Below are positions 24,300-36,764 of a stretch of 64,000 nt of DNA, piece after piece. Under the pieces are notes generated by a model. That model was not told the DNA's origin and did not search any database. It saw nothing but the letters and a program-made list of their open reading frames with translations. Every line of letters starts with the position of its first letter. The first letter of the stretch is position 1. A program made the position numbers and the translations under genes. This DNA is from Dirinaria sp. TL-2023a (taxonomy: Eukaryota). The stretch is from contig JAVEBF010000004.1 of assembly GCA_051941275.1 (NCBI GenBank), positions 1-64,000 on the forward strand. The letters are read 5' to 3'.

Positions 24300-24900
24300 A
24301 AGGACGTCTCGATGAAAAAAGCTCCAGTGCAGCAAGGAGGCAAAAAAGGATGGTACCAGCGAATCGTTGCATTCATATTCGATCTAAATATGTCAGTTTG
24401 ACATGATGAGAGGATTGAACAAGCAAATAGGCAGTCTCCGTGTTTTCTAGCATCTGCAGCCATCAATCGTCCCAAGAACGAAATATCTTGTTCAAATAGT
24501 CCATACTGGCTTTTCGATCCAACAGATCTAGATTTCCGCTCTAGATTCTCGCCTTTTGACAACTCCTCTCGAATGGGTTCGTCCATTTGTCGATAATTGG
24601 AGAGCCAATCTAGCAATTTGTTCTTTAATCTGTCCTCAGCAGTCGTTCGCACCCTGCACACTTGACGCGACATAGTTTTGTTGATATGTCTTTGCATGTC
24701 GTATCCACTGCAATATTATGGTCATTGAGATCACAAGCCTTTGGAATCAAGAAACAGATAAAGCATCTCCATATCTTCCAGTTGCATTCGCAACCGTCAA
24801 GGATTCCGCGAGTCAAATATATTCGTGACACTCGATTGACATTTTCAAGCACGACTCTTGATATCTCTCGATAATCGCACCTTTTCATGAAAGTTAGGAA
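24300..24900 (-). pseudogene. Zinc-finger gene remnant, paralog 2
   Basis: NWKIWRCFICF...LNDH...TCKDISTKLCRVKCAGCERLL followed by in-frame stops; aligns with the 26.6-26.75 kb segment. Confidence 0.65.
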
Positions 24901-24972
24901 TATCTAGGTTATCGAGTCGATCGAGGTAGTCGTTTAGCAATTGAAAATAATCCTTACTTTTTCCATTCATTC

Positions 24973-25088
24973 TATTGGTAACCGGTGGGAAAAATGATGA
25001 TTTTGGAGGAAGATGGTTTCCATTTGGCGGGACAATCGTCCCCTAAGTACTACTTACTGACCCGGCCCCAGGGTCGAGGACCCTAACA
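24973..25088. repeat. Direct repeat copy B (GC-richer, less mutated partner of 21656-21786)
   Basis: Same core as copy A but retains GG/CC dinucleotides. Confidence 0.92.
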
Positions 25089-26104
25089 CATACATTGAAC
25101 CTGCGTAAGACTCATTCGAGCTTTTGTCAAAGACGTTGTACTTGTCAGTAGACAACAATTCAATGTTCACAATGAATATAAAGTATAACAAAATGATACT
25201 AAAAGGATCAATGAAAAATTTCAATCGTGAGCGTAGAGGATGCACCGTCCAATGGACATAGTAGTTGATCGAAACAATGAACCAGAAGTCTTGCTTCAAC
25301 TAATTTTTAATTTTTCAAATCTCCACTGGTGAGACGTCCCGAGCAATAGAGAGGGAGGCTCGCTCGGGTGGAATCGTAAATATCAGGAAGAACATAAATG
25401 CTTCGACAAGAAGAGGAAGAAAAATTTGACAGAAGAGCTGTCTTTCAAAAAGCCTTAGCGCCTTTCTTAACACCAAAATCATTTCACGAGGAAAGGGAAA
25501 AAAGAACTTGGACTTATGCAGATTCTTGAACTTGACGGTCGTCAGGATGAAGATATGACAAACAAAATCTGATCGATTATCTCCTAGCATTCCATTTTTG
25601 CGTCTGGCGGAATCGTCAATTTATCTTATGATATTAGACTCAATGACAAATTATCAACAATGGCAATATCAAACCTGGTAATCTGTCGACATCTTTAAAA
25701 CAATGACAGTTGCATCAGCGAACATCCGGTTCATGATCTCGAAATTAAGCTATGTCTTTCATGCGATGATTTTGTTCAGTTTTGGTCACCGATAGCGGAG
25801 TTCAAGTTCTAATCTTCCATGTCCTCATCTAGGACGTGCGGGAACTTAAGACTGTCAGTCATACCTTAAAAAAGTTCGTAAATGTTAGATCTCTGTCGAG
25901 AGCTGCGAGCCCATATCAAGGACGATAGTGTCAAACATGATAATCCAGAGCGAGTTTTGAAGATAATTAGTCGCTCACCCTTTGAGATCCATAACAGTCT
26001 AAGATAGAAGATGCGGATCATAATTTTGGTGGTTCCGCATTGAACCAAACAGAAGAAACATTGGTTATCGACTGTACCATAAGCCGACTTTATATAGTAC
26101 TAAC

Positions 26105-27737
26105 CTATTAGCATCTGTTCAATTCAATATTGATCTTTGTTCTGTTCCATAAGAGAGGCATTCTTTCATCCAATATCTTTCAACTCTCACGAATGAGATC
26201 TTACATAGATTTCTTGCTGCTCGAGGAAAAACAACATTCCTGAACTTCCAATTCTGATCCAGCTATAAGCTCTCTGAATGTGATGTGGATGATTTTGGAT
26301 TCTTGCGCAGTTTACTTTAATTTTAATTTATTCTTGACAGCATGAACGTTCTCACGAGAACAGGAGTCTTGACAAAATCAGTCTTTCGAGGCTTCAGCTT
26401 AATGAAGTAATGAGGAGTTTCTTTTCTTTTCTTGAGTAATTGAGCTGAAGTTTGAATAGGTCGTGTAGAGCACAACGGTTCGTCGTTTTTCAGAGACATG
26501 ATTGGGCATTGGATCAACCCAGATGTCGTGTCATCTTGTCCCGATCAGCGTTGGCCCATAAGTCATTGTGTGGGCAAGCGAGTCAATGCATTGCCCAATT
26601 CCCTGTGTCTAGCAGTTTCTCACATCCTGGACACTTCACAGAACACAAGTACTTGAAGATGTTTTTACATGTGGCACCGCCGAAGTTGAAATGCTCTTGA
26701 AGAGTTCTGACAGTGTCGAAACAGTCGAAACAGGTGTAACATCTATACAGCCATCAATTAATTAACCCAGTCTTGTCCAATTTTCGCGAACCCTTTTCTG
26801 CATGTTGTGATGATCAAAACTTGGGCTCTTATTTTCCTTGACATAGCACTGATGTGAAATAAAACAATGTTGAGTCTCGACTGCACCGTGCGCTGACTTC
26901 ATGTGATTTTTTTCATCTGCCCTGTTTTGAAGCTCACTCATGCAGACATAGCTGACAATCTGTTGCTCGGTCGTACGGTAGATATTCATCTCGAAGTTCT
27001 CGAGAAATGTTCCGAATATGTTTCAGCATTCGTGTACTTTGATTCTCATAGTGATTGCAAGCAATCGACGAACATTTGAATGGATGAAAAGTTGACTGAG
27101 TTGAAAAACTTATCGTCTCGCTGTAACTGTCTCTAGTCAGTTGCTGAGTTCTGGTGGTCTGTCAGTGGTCGAATCCAATTCTGAGGTATATGCGGCCATC
27201 TACACGCCAGGCGCATAATACCGGTCTACACTCTTTGAATGCATCATATAACTGAAGATACAGTGCTGTGTGCAAAAACCTCCAACTCAAAACGCGTTTC
27301 AGCCTCAAGTAGACAAGGTAGATCGATGTAAAGCAAGTTACTGAGTACTGAAGATTGCCAGATCACAGCTCGAACAGTTTCATGGATTGTTCCACCCGGG
27401 GCGAGTACCTCTGGTTTCCACAGAGGCTCTGACATTGTCGAAAGACTTGTTGACCTGGATACAGAACAAGACGAGAGATTTTATAATGGCTGAAAACTTT
27501 GATTAGTAGGATCGCTTCGAGGGATGGATTCGAAATAATCCAATATCGTATATGATAGACTGATTGCGTCAAGTAAGCCCAGTTGACGATTTTGAATCCT
27601 TGCAAAGATGTACTTAGCTTCTGCCTTTGCACGTGAAACTCACCGCGGTGAACTCATCTTGAAAAAATCACGAGCATCTTCAAATTCTTCAAAAGACGTG
27701 TAATCTTTTCAAGTCTTCCAATTAAAGCCGCACGCAT
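26105..27737 (-). pseudogene. Multi-exon zinc-finger gene remnant, paralog 1
   Basis: ATG at 27737 and phase-consistent GTGAGT...GCTAAG...AAG intron at ~27599-27643. Long frame 27120-26105 with HPFKCSSIACNHY..MLKH and WLYRCYTCFDCF..LQEH...TCKNIFKYLCSVKCPGCEKLL, interrupted mostly by TGA. Confidence 0.68.
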
Positions 27738-27969
27738 TCTAGATCCCGCGGCCCACTGCCTGTATTCTATGGCATTCGAAAATATGTGTCATGATTAGTA
27801 AGAGAAATATGGTCGTTCTAAATAGATATATTGTATAGGTAAAATAGAAGATAGAGAAAGACCGATCTAGGATATAAAATTAGCTCAGTCGTCTTGATCT
27901 ATCAGGTAGACTGTTTTGAGAAACCCGCCACAGTAATTGTGGTATTGTACGACACGGGCAGATTGATCA

Positions 27970-30400
27970 TTTAGTACGCAGAGCGTAAAATCATCACGAT
28001 GATATCTCGACTCGAATGAAGTCCCAAGATCGACGATGTCAGTCTAAAAATGAGTTGAGAGTAAATTGAGAGACTAAAATGAGAGGAATCGATATACAGC
28101 ACTCTTCGTACATGCACAATCGGGCGTCTCCATTTCTAGCTTCGTCAGAGGCATGGAAACACGCAGTCAAGGACCTGTGAGCCAAGATGCATCCTCCGGG
28201 AGACGACCCCAGTGGGCTGTCCTTGTGATATGTCGCATCCGTTGGATGTATTGTGTCTCTCTCGACGAATGAAGACCGTTCTCCGTCAAGGGTTTTTCCA
28301 GTCCTCGGGGCGTGCGTGAAAGGGAACCATTGTGCCATCTTCCAAATATCGATAATGGCCTGAGTCAACGGGCAACACTCATGACTCAAAGTCTTCGATG
28401 TGCTGTAACTTGTAAGCATCAACGATATTCACGTTGCTCTCTACGAATCAACTGCTCTCTGAGATACAGATTAATTCAGTGATTGAGTCTTAATTAAGAT
28501 TGCATCATCCTCTCACTCAGTTAGCAATGAAGATCTGAGCTCACTGACAACACCCACGATTTTTTATTCTTGAATGAAGACATCGACCATTGAGAAATCA
28601 ACGAGAATCTGTACCATCCTTCGAAGCATTGATCTTCATCATCTGTACTTCTTCGTTCGGTCTTCGCTTCTCGACGTTGTGTGTGCAGAATGATTCTGAG
28701 CGAGTCTGATTTCGCAAAACAAACACCTATTCGTTTAGAACTAAAATGTTCGTGATGATCCATCATATTACAAGACATTCCATGTGTATAATGTGGGCCT
28801 GGTAGCAACCAAGTTGTGCATCAGGGCAGGCGATCTGAAATTATCACCCTCCCTTAGCTGAAGTATGATAATGTTAATACTTTGTCTCTTGCAGCTAGCG
28901 GAATGAGCAACAAGTCCCAGGTTAGTCTTGTATACTCTGTTAGCGTTCTGTTTATGAACCGCAGAGCTATACCAAAGATGCCGCAGCTGTGATGGCGCCT
29001 GCCGCCTTTGGTGGGGCCTTCAAGTTATTGCTCGCTGTATTGCTGTCATTAATTCATATTCCAGTGCATCTTCCGCTGCGGAATTGCTATACAAACTACA
29101 TGCTCAATAGGCAGTATCTTAGAAGGTCCAATACACGGGAGTCTTTTGCGGTGTTTTTGAGCTTGAACTCGATAATTCAATGTGTACTTCATGTCGGCTT
29201 TCGTCAAAGTAGTATATTGGTGTCGAGAATCTGACGTTCCCGAGCATCTTTGTGAAGCTTGGTGGTGGACCATTTCAGCTAACTTCACGCTTGCGATAGT
29301 ACTGTGAAATAGTTCAGCACATACCCAACCATAGAATTAGCCAAGATTGGCATGTCTATTTGCCGAAGCTAGAACAGGTGAAACATCGAGACCTACCACC
29401 TTGTATATATACTTTAAATAGTTGTTGGGTTTGGACAAGTTCAGTCAACATATGTCGAGTGTTTGCTAAAGCGCGGGTTTTTGGATTCTGCATCAAATCG
29501 AGTTTTTCTAGATGTTGCGGAACCAGTAGAGATTAATTGAGAAAAAGCCCATCTGTCTTTCGAACTCGAAGCACAATTGAAAATTGCGATAAATCCGCGA
29601 CCTTGAAACAACAGACTTGATAGAGCGCACTGTGCTTTTCATCAGTACATCGCAAGTCTCGTCGCATGCCTTTTGAGATGAGCGCATTGAGTGCTATCTG
29701 GAAAAGAAGTCAATGGGACATCTGTGATTGCTTCAAGACATCTAAAAATGTCATATATTCATTTTTCCGAAGAAATTTACAAGTCTCAGTTTCACCTTTC
29801 ATGTCCGCGCTCGAATGCTTCGCGTCGATTCGATTCTGAACGTTCGATCTGTACTGCTGTCAAATTTGTTTAAACTTCTGCAATCTCTCGAAAACCTGTC
29901 TTGTGCCATTGAGCATTTCCTACTTACCAAATCCAAGAGATATTGCCTGAATGTAAGCTTTTGAGCTTTATGAGCAAAGGCGCCCCAGCTGTAGCTATCG
30001 AAGTAAGCATGAATTTTTTGAATAAGCACTTCTATTGCCAGTAGCTCCGTTGCCGGTTTTAAGCAGGGATACACTATCTACGGTGTCGAGTCGAATCGAG
30101 TCTACATTTGTAGAGCAAATGCTGGGTTTGTATCGGTGTGTTGCAGCTGAGGGATTAGAGGTGGTTTTGTCACTGGAAGGGTCTGCAGCGTTTAAGAGAA
30201 ATCGGCATTTCTGAGTTGGTCCCAAAATTGGACGCTGAGTCCAACATATAGATATCTTTTTCGTATACAAGATTTATTGCTCCATAGGTCTTGCAAAGGA
30301 TTCACCTTGATTATAGAGGACCTAAAAACCATATTAACATTCCAAGTATGCGCAGCATGGTGTAGTGAAGTCAAACTCGTATTTGAGAAGAGCATTCGAG
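27970..30400 (-). pseudogene. Large decayed multi-exon gene of unknown family (may extend to ~31570)
   Basis: Frames can be joined across short candidate introns (~40-50 nt) into a long protein-like sequence (e.g. AAEDALEYELMTAIQRAIT*RPHQRRQAPSQLRHL*LTWDLLLIPLAARDK) with scattered stops, many of them TGA. Confidence 0.45.
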
Positions 30401-32023
30401 ACTCATGAACGAGGCCAGGACGAGACTCCCAGTCCCATGCCGTAATAGTTGAGAGTCCAATATATACGAGGCGGTCCTAGCTGCACATCAACTCGGCATT
30501 CTTTACACTTGATAATAAGGTAATCATACGTACTAATTAGCCTCTCCACTAAAGACGTTTGGCGGACGTATGAGACGATTTAGGAGGTTGGGGAAGGAGT
30601 AAAAGAAAAGAAACAATAGCTATAGTATCACCTTCTCATAAAAAGCAACTTGTTCTATCTCGCTCTAGGAGCTGTAGTATTGTAGGTACTCCTCTTACCT
30701 CTTGTCCTTAGTACATATCTCCAAGTCTAGACTTCAGACTTCAAATGAATCACCAGGGCTCAATTTGACAGACAGTAAAGATGGGTGAAGGCTATCCAAG
30801 CTGTGATATCTGAATGATCAGAGACATTCAGCAGGGTAGGAGTGTCATGTTTGAAGGATATATCTAGGAAGGTAGGAGAGTGTGACAGTTCTAGCAGCAA
30901 AGAATGTGCTTTAGAAAGCCAGTCTGTCGCGAAGTATTGCTGCGTCTCAATTACATATCCTCTTATCGAATCCAAGAACCTATGGTTTTGTGGAATGAAA
31001 GAGGCTTCGCCGAGATCAATGATAATAGTATCACTAAGTGTTGTTGATAAGGTGACCTGTAAAGAATTCATCCACAACGCAATATGAAAAAAAAGTTCAC
31101 TAAGAATTCTTAGAAATACAGCAATGTCTTTTCATTGTAAAGAAAATACTCTGATTACCCTGGTAAGTCGACACTCAGGCATTTCGTGTTCACTTAGCAT
31201 CTATCACCGAGGATGCATCGGCAGTCGCAAGAAATGATTGTAGGAAGCCCATGACGAAATCTAGAGTCATCTGAAAGCTCGAAGGCCAAAGGAGGACTTG
31301 GTGAGGACAAGGATTTGGGAATGAGGGAATGCTCATCTTCGCTGGATGCAAGCCTTTTGCCCTGTCTCCGATCCTGCTTGCCTATTGGATTTCGGTTTCC
31401 AACTTGAAATGATCCTCCCCTTCTAAGCATGGAAAGATTGATGTTGGCAGCCGGTCGTGACCGTAAGCTTCCAGATTATGTGGCCTCGTAGGCTTCACAG
31501 AAGCAGCCGATGCCACTTCTAGATCGTTCAGCCTTTCGCAGGCAGCCATATGAGTAACGGTAGTCATAATCTAATTATTAGACGACAACTTAATTTGGTG
31601 CTGCGAGAAGAAGGGGCGAGATAGGTGAATATCAATAGGACCAGAAACTCGAATGTCTCCGGACACGTTCCCACTTCCACCTTTAGGTTGCCTGAACCTC
31701 CTCTATTCAAGAGCTCACCTGCAAGTCATGAATTGCCATTTGAAAGACAATCAGGAAGCATTCTTCATTTGTCTCACTCTACCGCCTAATTTTCATGGAG
31801 CTTACCTCCAATCCTTGACGCTCAAGGCTCACTAAGTTGATATCTATGCTTATGAGCCATCTTCCAACTTCCCCTCGTAGTAAGGCTATTTACGCAAACT
31901 TGTCCAGCTCTATCGGAATTGAGCGAGAGAAAGTCGACCGGGTATCTCAGGAACGCTAAGGCGCCAATGGTTACTACCTAATCAGCAGTACAGTAGAAAT
32001 ACTCGAATGCTAGTAATCCCAAG

Positions 32024-33562
32024 TCACCGCTCATCGCTTCCGTCCTCTGAAGACGCTTCTTCCTGTGTCGTCATCCGCTGGTTCTTCGCCTGCTCTGGAC
32101 TTCGTGAGCGCCTTGAGTCGCTCGAACCCCGCTTCAAAGGGCCAGCAGGAGCATTAGTCAAAGTCGGAGTATTTGACTGACTCCCATGGTGCATCACCGA
32201 TGGTGGTGGTGGTCCAGATTGAAATTTGTGCGGGTAAGGATTCAGATCCTTGCTACTTGTGGAGAAAGTACTGACGATTGGCGGACGTTTCTCTTTTCTC
32301 CCATTACCGTTACTTTGTTCCCCGCTTTGCGAAGGTACAATCGCGGAATTTGGGTCGGGTGTGACGGGCGACCCAGAATTCTCTTCTTCATTGAGCTCTT
32401 CGTTGAGGGATATCCACCCACCTTCGATATCTCGTAATAATCGAACATATTCTTCAGGGACGAGTCCTGATTCACCGGTCTTGGGATCCTCAGCCACCAA
32501 CCAGCCTTGGCCATGTCGGTATGAAACCCATATCACTTGACCTTCAACAAGTGGAAGTTCGTTTTCGTTCTCTCGTGCAAAGTCGAAGAGAGCAACAGCT
32601 TTGCCATGCATTTCTTCATCTGGTGAAGCAATTGTGAATTGGTAGTCCTTTGAGTACCGAGATTCATCCATTTGGTTTGGCATATCCGAGTCTTCGCCAG
32701 AGTCTTCCTCTTCATCCGAATCGTTGTATCTTCGGCTGGGGAGCGTCGCGGCGAAGTGAGAATCTCTTTGGCCAGGCGCATGATATTTGTCTGGTGCAAG
32801 CGTAGACAGCCTCGATTGATCGGATGAGTAGGCCACAATCCCAGCGCCTACATCATGGCTACCTTCGTCCCCGGCTCCGGTGTGAGCATATCCGGTCCGG
32901 CCCCCATTTGCAGCTGCAAAATAATCGTCTTCGTCTTCGGCGTCCCCAGGACTCCGACCTCTGCCTGTACCCGGTGTTCCACCTGCGGCTGGGTAGCCAG
33001 ATTTATGTTTCTTGCGCCTCGAACTCACAACCACCGGGCTATGAAGATCCTCATCCTCGCTATACGGTGGGCCGTCTCTATATGCCATTTGCGGTAGCTG
33101 TTGATGCGAGGCAGATCCATCTCCAATCCCTGGCCCTGCTTGCCACGAGGAGCCGGCTGCCTCCCACGTAGTGCCGGGCGCATCTGATAGTCTCCGTTGA
33201 TACTCACTCTGGGGTGTAGACGTCCCAGATTGTAGGGCTGGAGGCTCTGCAGGAGGTCCGTAGTGGTTAGGATGCACTATTGGATATGCAAAGTCTCGTA
33301 CGAGGGCGTATGGAAGGCTTGAATGGAAGTGCGGAAAGGCATATGATTGTGGTCGTGAGCGGTTCGCAGCGCTATTGGAATTGGTCGAGTATGAGGACAT
33401 GCGATTCTTTGCGTACGAGGGTGGACGTGGGTGTGGCGACCGTCGGGTGTTTTGGTTGGTATTTAACGGAGGTAGATGAGCAAGATTCGGGTTCGATGGC
33501 GGACTTTGCGGGTGGCGAGGTGAGGAGGTCCTTGAAGGGGATGCTGACAGCACAGCTGTCAT
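32024..33562 (-). CDS. NBP2: SH3-domain adaptor Nbp2 (HOG pathway/Ptc1 adaptor)
   Basis: SLPYALVRDFAYP motif plus SH3 domain GKAVALFDFARENENELPLVEGQVIWVSYRHGQGWLVAED..GESGLVPEEYV. Confidence 0.85.
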   Translation of the reverse strand: MTAVLSASPSRTSSPRHPQSPPSNPNLAHLPPLNTNQNTRRSPHPRPPSYAKNRMSSYSTNSNSAANRSRPQSYAFPHFHSSLPYALVRDFAYPIVHPNHYGPPAEPPALQSGTSTPQSEYQRRLSDAPGTTWEAAGSSWQAGPGIGDGSASHQQLPQMAYRDGPPYSEDEDLHSPVVVSSRRKKHKSGYPAAGGTPGTGRGRSPGDAEDEDDYFAAANGGRTGYAHTGAGDEGSHDVGAGIVAYSSDQSRLSTLAPDKYHAPGQRDSHFAATLPSRRYNDSDEEEDSGEDSDMPNQMDESRYSKDYQFTIASPDEEMHGKAVALFDFARENENELPLVEGQVIWVSYRHGQGWLVAEDPKTGESGLVPEEYVRLLRDIEGGWISLNEELNEEENSGSPVTPDPNSAIVPSQSGEQSNGNGRKEKRPPIVSTFSTSSKDLNPYPHKFQSGPPPPSVMHHGSQSNTPTLTNAPAGPLKRGSSDSRRSRSPEQAKNQRMTTQEEASSEDGSDER

Positions 33563-35574
33563 GCTCGCTGCTGCGAAAGGCGCTGAGGCCTGGTATTCGC
33601 AAGATACTGCAGCGAAAAAGTTGGAAATGAAGGCTTTTGATTATTATGATTACATGCAAACTGATTGCGTCCTCGAAGCACAGCTCCAAGTTGTATAGAT
33701 TGGCCAGTGCCTAGGTCACAGGCGGACAAGTCAGCACTCCAGCCACTCCGGTGTCCTCGTCATAGTGGCTACTGACCTATGCAGATATGGTTCGCAGTGT
33801 CTTTGTAGATGTTGAAGGATGTGAGTTGACAGCAGCAGATGCAGCAGCAGCCCCAACGGGCCTTGAAGCGGTCTCTACCAGCACGAAAATTTGTTGGATT
33901 GCGGACTGAAGTCCTGCGGCAGCGGATGTAGCCAATACCACAAACAAACCCACAATTGCGTCACACTCGCAGACTTTCTGAATACCTTATGCAGATACAC
34001 GGCAGACTGAGCTAGGAGCAAACGACGAGCCCGCGACAATGGGTGGACCGACTGTACAGTCTCTTTGCGATCTGACTCGACGAAAACCGCCGGGATGAAA
34101 CGGCGGGTCAGTCGCGGTGTTTCAAATAGCTTACGGGGCTGCCGAGGACGTGTGTTGTTGTAAGACAACAGTATTATTGTACAGTGAGGTTCAGTTCACG
34201 GGGTGCGCGACAGCAGTCTGGTAAGGTAAACAGTGTTGGTGAAGTGGGGCGAGGGTGGGATGGAAAGAGGGAGGGATGTAAAGGTGCAGGTAGTGATGGA
34301 GGAAAATGCTACTATTTTTGGAGTGGAGAGAGAGAGAGGAGGATGGAAGGCATGAAGTGTCTGTCAAGCAGGAGCCAGCGGAGAGCACTTTGCTGCAAGA
34401 TTCGAATTATAAATACGTTACTATGGACTTTCTACTACTGACTTTTGAAGGTCCAAAATATACTACTCTCGCCAAGGTACATAGGAAGCCTCAGAGTCTC
34501 ATGGACAAGTTCGAATCACACCGAGATCGGGTCAATTGTTGTTGTGCTTAATCACCGCCCATCTCCTCGGTGCTAAATAAAGACAGATATCGATAACAAG
34601 ATACATGTGGGTCTGCATCATCATTGCAATCATGTGACACATCGGCCCAACCCCCATAGAAAGTCACACAGGTTCGTTGAAAGACCAGTCAGGATCGGTC
34701 GGTCGTATGCAGTGAAAGTCATGATGGAGCACACGATTATCAGCATAACGAACGAGTTCATCTAGCTCAAAAGTCAGTTAGGAGAAGACTCGGTGTCTCT
34801 TCTGCTTCTACAGCATTGATCAGCATATCTCGGGTGTTTCAGATTCTCGCTTGTGATGAACTTGTCTGCAGATGGAATAGCGTTCATCCGGAGCCGCAAG
34901 CAACCAAACGAGCCAAACTGACCATCAAAATCAATCGTGCATCCGCATAGAAGAGGATGTACAGTACTGTACATCAGCTAGATAGTAGCACTGTAAGCCT
35001 AGCGATTGAGATTCTCGACATACTTATCCGCAGTGGTCAGAAGAGCCAGCCAGAGAACAGTTCTGGCGGGACAAGACGAAAACAATGTCGAGTCTTCCGT
35101 CCATCAGCCCGTTCTTTGGGCGTCGCTTGTTCGCAGCTAATCTTGCTGTACTTCTACATGACCAGCAGCACGACTGAGGAGGACCCCGCTTTACGGACAC
35201 GGTCAGTGCGCACACTCGATAGCAATCAAGGCAAGGGCAATACAGAATAATGCAATGAAATCCATTCGCTTAAATAAAAATTCTCGCAAAGGTCTTCTCG
35301 GACGCCAGATCAACGCCACACATTGCCCTCTAGGGCCACCGAGAGACCGGAGGCAGACCTCCGGCTTCTCGTGAGTGACCCATTAGATCATGAGCTGCAG
35401 CCGGGTATTCGCAATCACTTTCGCTAAATAAACCGCATGAGGATCTGTATAATCCTTGGAAAAATTCATGTCAGACCTTGCTGTCGCCACTTACCAGCGT
35501 CAATGCCGGCCGCAAGCCATTCGCCAATCGATGCTTGTGCAACTTTCCTCTCCCACTACCCAAGTTACCGCCGT

Positions 35575-36764
35575 TTAGTCAATAGTCATTCGACTTGGCA
35601 CAGGTGCATGACCTAGGTTTGGCATTTCCGTCATGTGCGCTTTCTCCTCTTCGCTCTCCACCTTCCTGCCAGCAATGTGTGGCTTCAAGCCTCTCCCGAA
35701 ATTGGCCGTACACATGATGGCGTTGGTGATGGTGAGTATAATGAGGATAATTGTGATGACGGCGAATATGGTGAGGGACTTGCGCACTGGAAGATAGTGC
35801 TCTTTATAGTTGGGTTCATACATGCGGACAAGCTTGAAGATGAAGTACGCCAATGCGACGAAGTAAAGGATCTGGACAAGGATACAGTTAGAGTTCTGAC
35901 TTGAGTCCAGGGCTCTCGGAAGTCTTACAATGGTCGCTAGCATGCCCAGAAAATTCTCCCGTCGCGTGGAAATACCAGCCACCATCAGGATGAGAATGAT
36001 GACAGGTATTGAAGCGATCGTCACGTAAAACTCGGCATCGCTTGTGTGTACCACAATGACAACAAACTGAATCACGAAGCCGAGAAATGCGAAGAAGTCG
36101 AACTTCAGAAGGGTTATATAGATCTATACGGATGTTAGTTTGCGCTCAAGGGCTCGCAGTGCAACGACCATACTTGAAAAGTCAGGTATCGTCTCTTCAT
36201 CCGCAAGTCAGCACTGATGTGTTTGTAGATTGTCCAAGCAAATTCATCGTAAAGTTTCCAAGCCACGACAGACAGAAGTACAGTCCCTACACCGATAACA
36301 CAGGGGATCGCGATGAGGAAAGGTTTCGAGTCGGGCCAAGCATTGAGATTGATCTCGTTGTCTTTGATGAGTGCGTTGTCCGCGTCTTGAATCTGATCCA
36401 TCTGCACAGCAGCGTAGATGAGGAGAGCAAGGTTGAAGACACAAAGGCCGATTACTTGGATAGTGTTCTTGAGGCGGAGAGCATCGTACACAAGGAGTAG
36501 CTCATAGATGAAGCCGAAGATGTACAATGCGAGAAAGGTGGGAATAATGGTTTTTTTGGTACCGTCGCCTTTCAGGTTGCTTTGAAAGGTTGCGAATACA
36601 TAACTATATTGATCGTCAGTACCGGGCACTCACAATTGTCCCTAGTGGAAGATCGGGTTAAGAAAAGCTTGGGGAACCCACGCCTCGAACGCCAAACATA
36701 TGGCCGCCTGGACACAAGTAACTCCTAGGAATGACCAAGTCCACAGTGACTTCGGTGTGTACAT
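35575..36764 (-). CDS. UPF0658-like multi-pass Golgi membrane protein; multi-exon
   Basis: MYTPKSLWTWSF..., YDALRLKNTIQVIG, EFAWTIYKHISADLRMKRRYL, FDFFAFLGFVIQF, C-terminal SRMTID. Introns at ~36604-36681, 36124-36172 and 35872-35928. Confidence 0.82.

Larger units (their letters stand above)
19600..31900 (-). mobile_element. Decayed accessory gene island (possible large-element cargo); boundaries approximate
   Basis: No intact long ORF over 12 kb between two normal genes. Visibly more AT-rich, local CC/GG depletion, internal duplications, several broken minus-strand frames. No transposase or recombinase recognised. Confidence 0.5.

Noticed and set aside
29530..29800. Tyrosine-recombinase-like stretch (FLRKNEYMTFLDVL...LLFQIALN..KGMR...SIVLRVRKT) suggesting a Starship captain
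   Set aside because: Spacing is wrong, there is no downstream HxxR/Y motif, and a candidate short intron shifts the more continuous frame away from the RKT segment.
36160..36172. ACGACCATAC resembling the 5' end of 5S rRNA
   Set aside because: It is the reverse complement of an intron donor in the UPF0658 gene, and the rest of 5S is absent.
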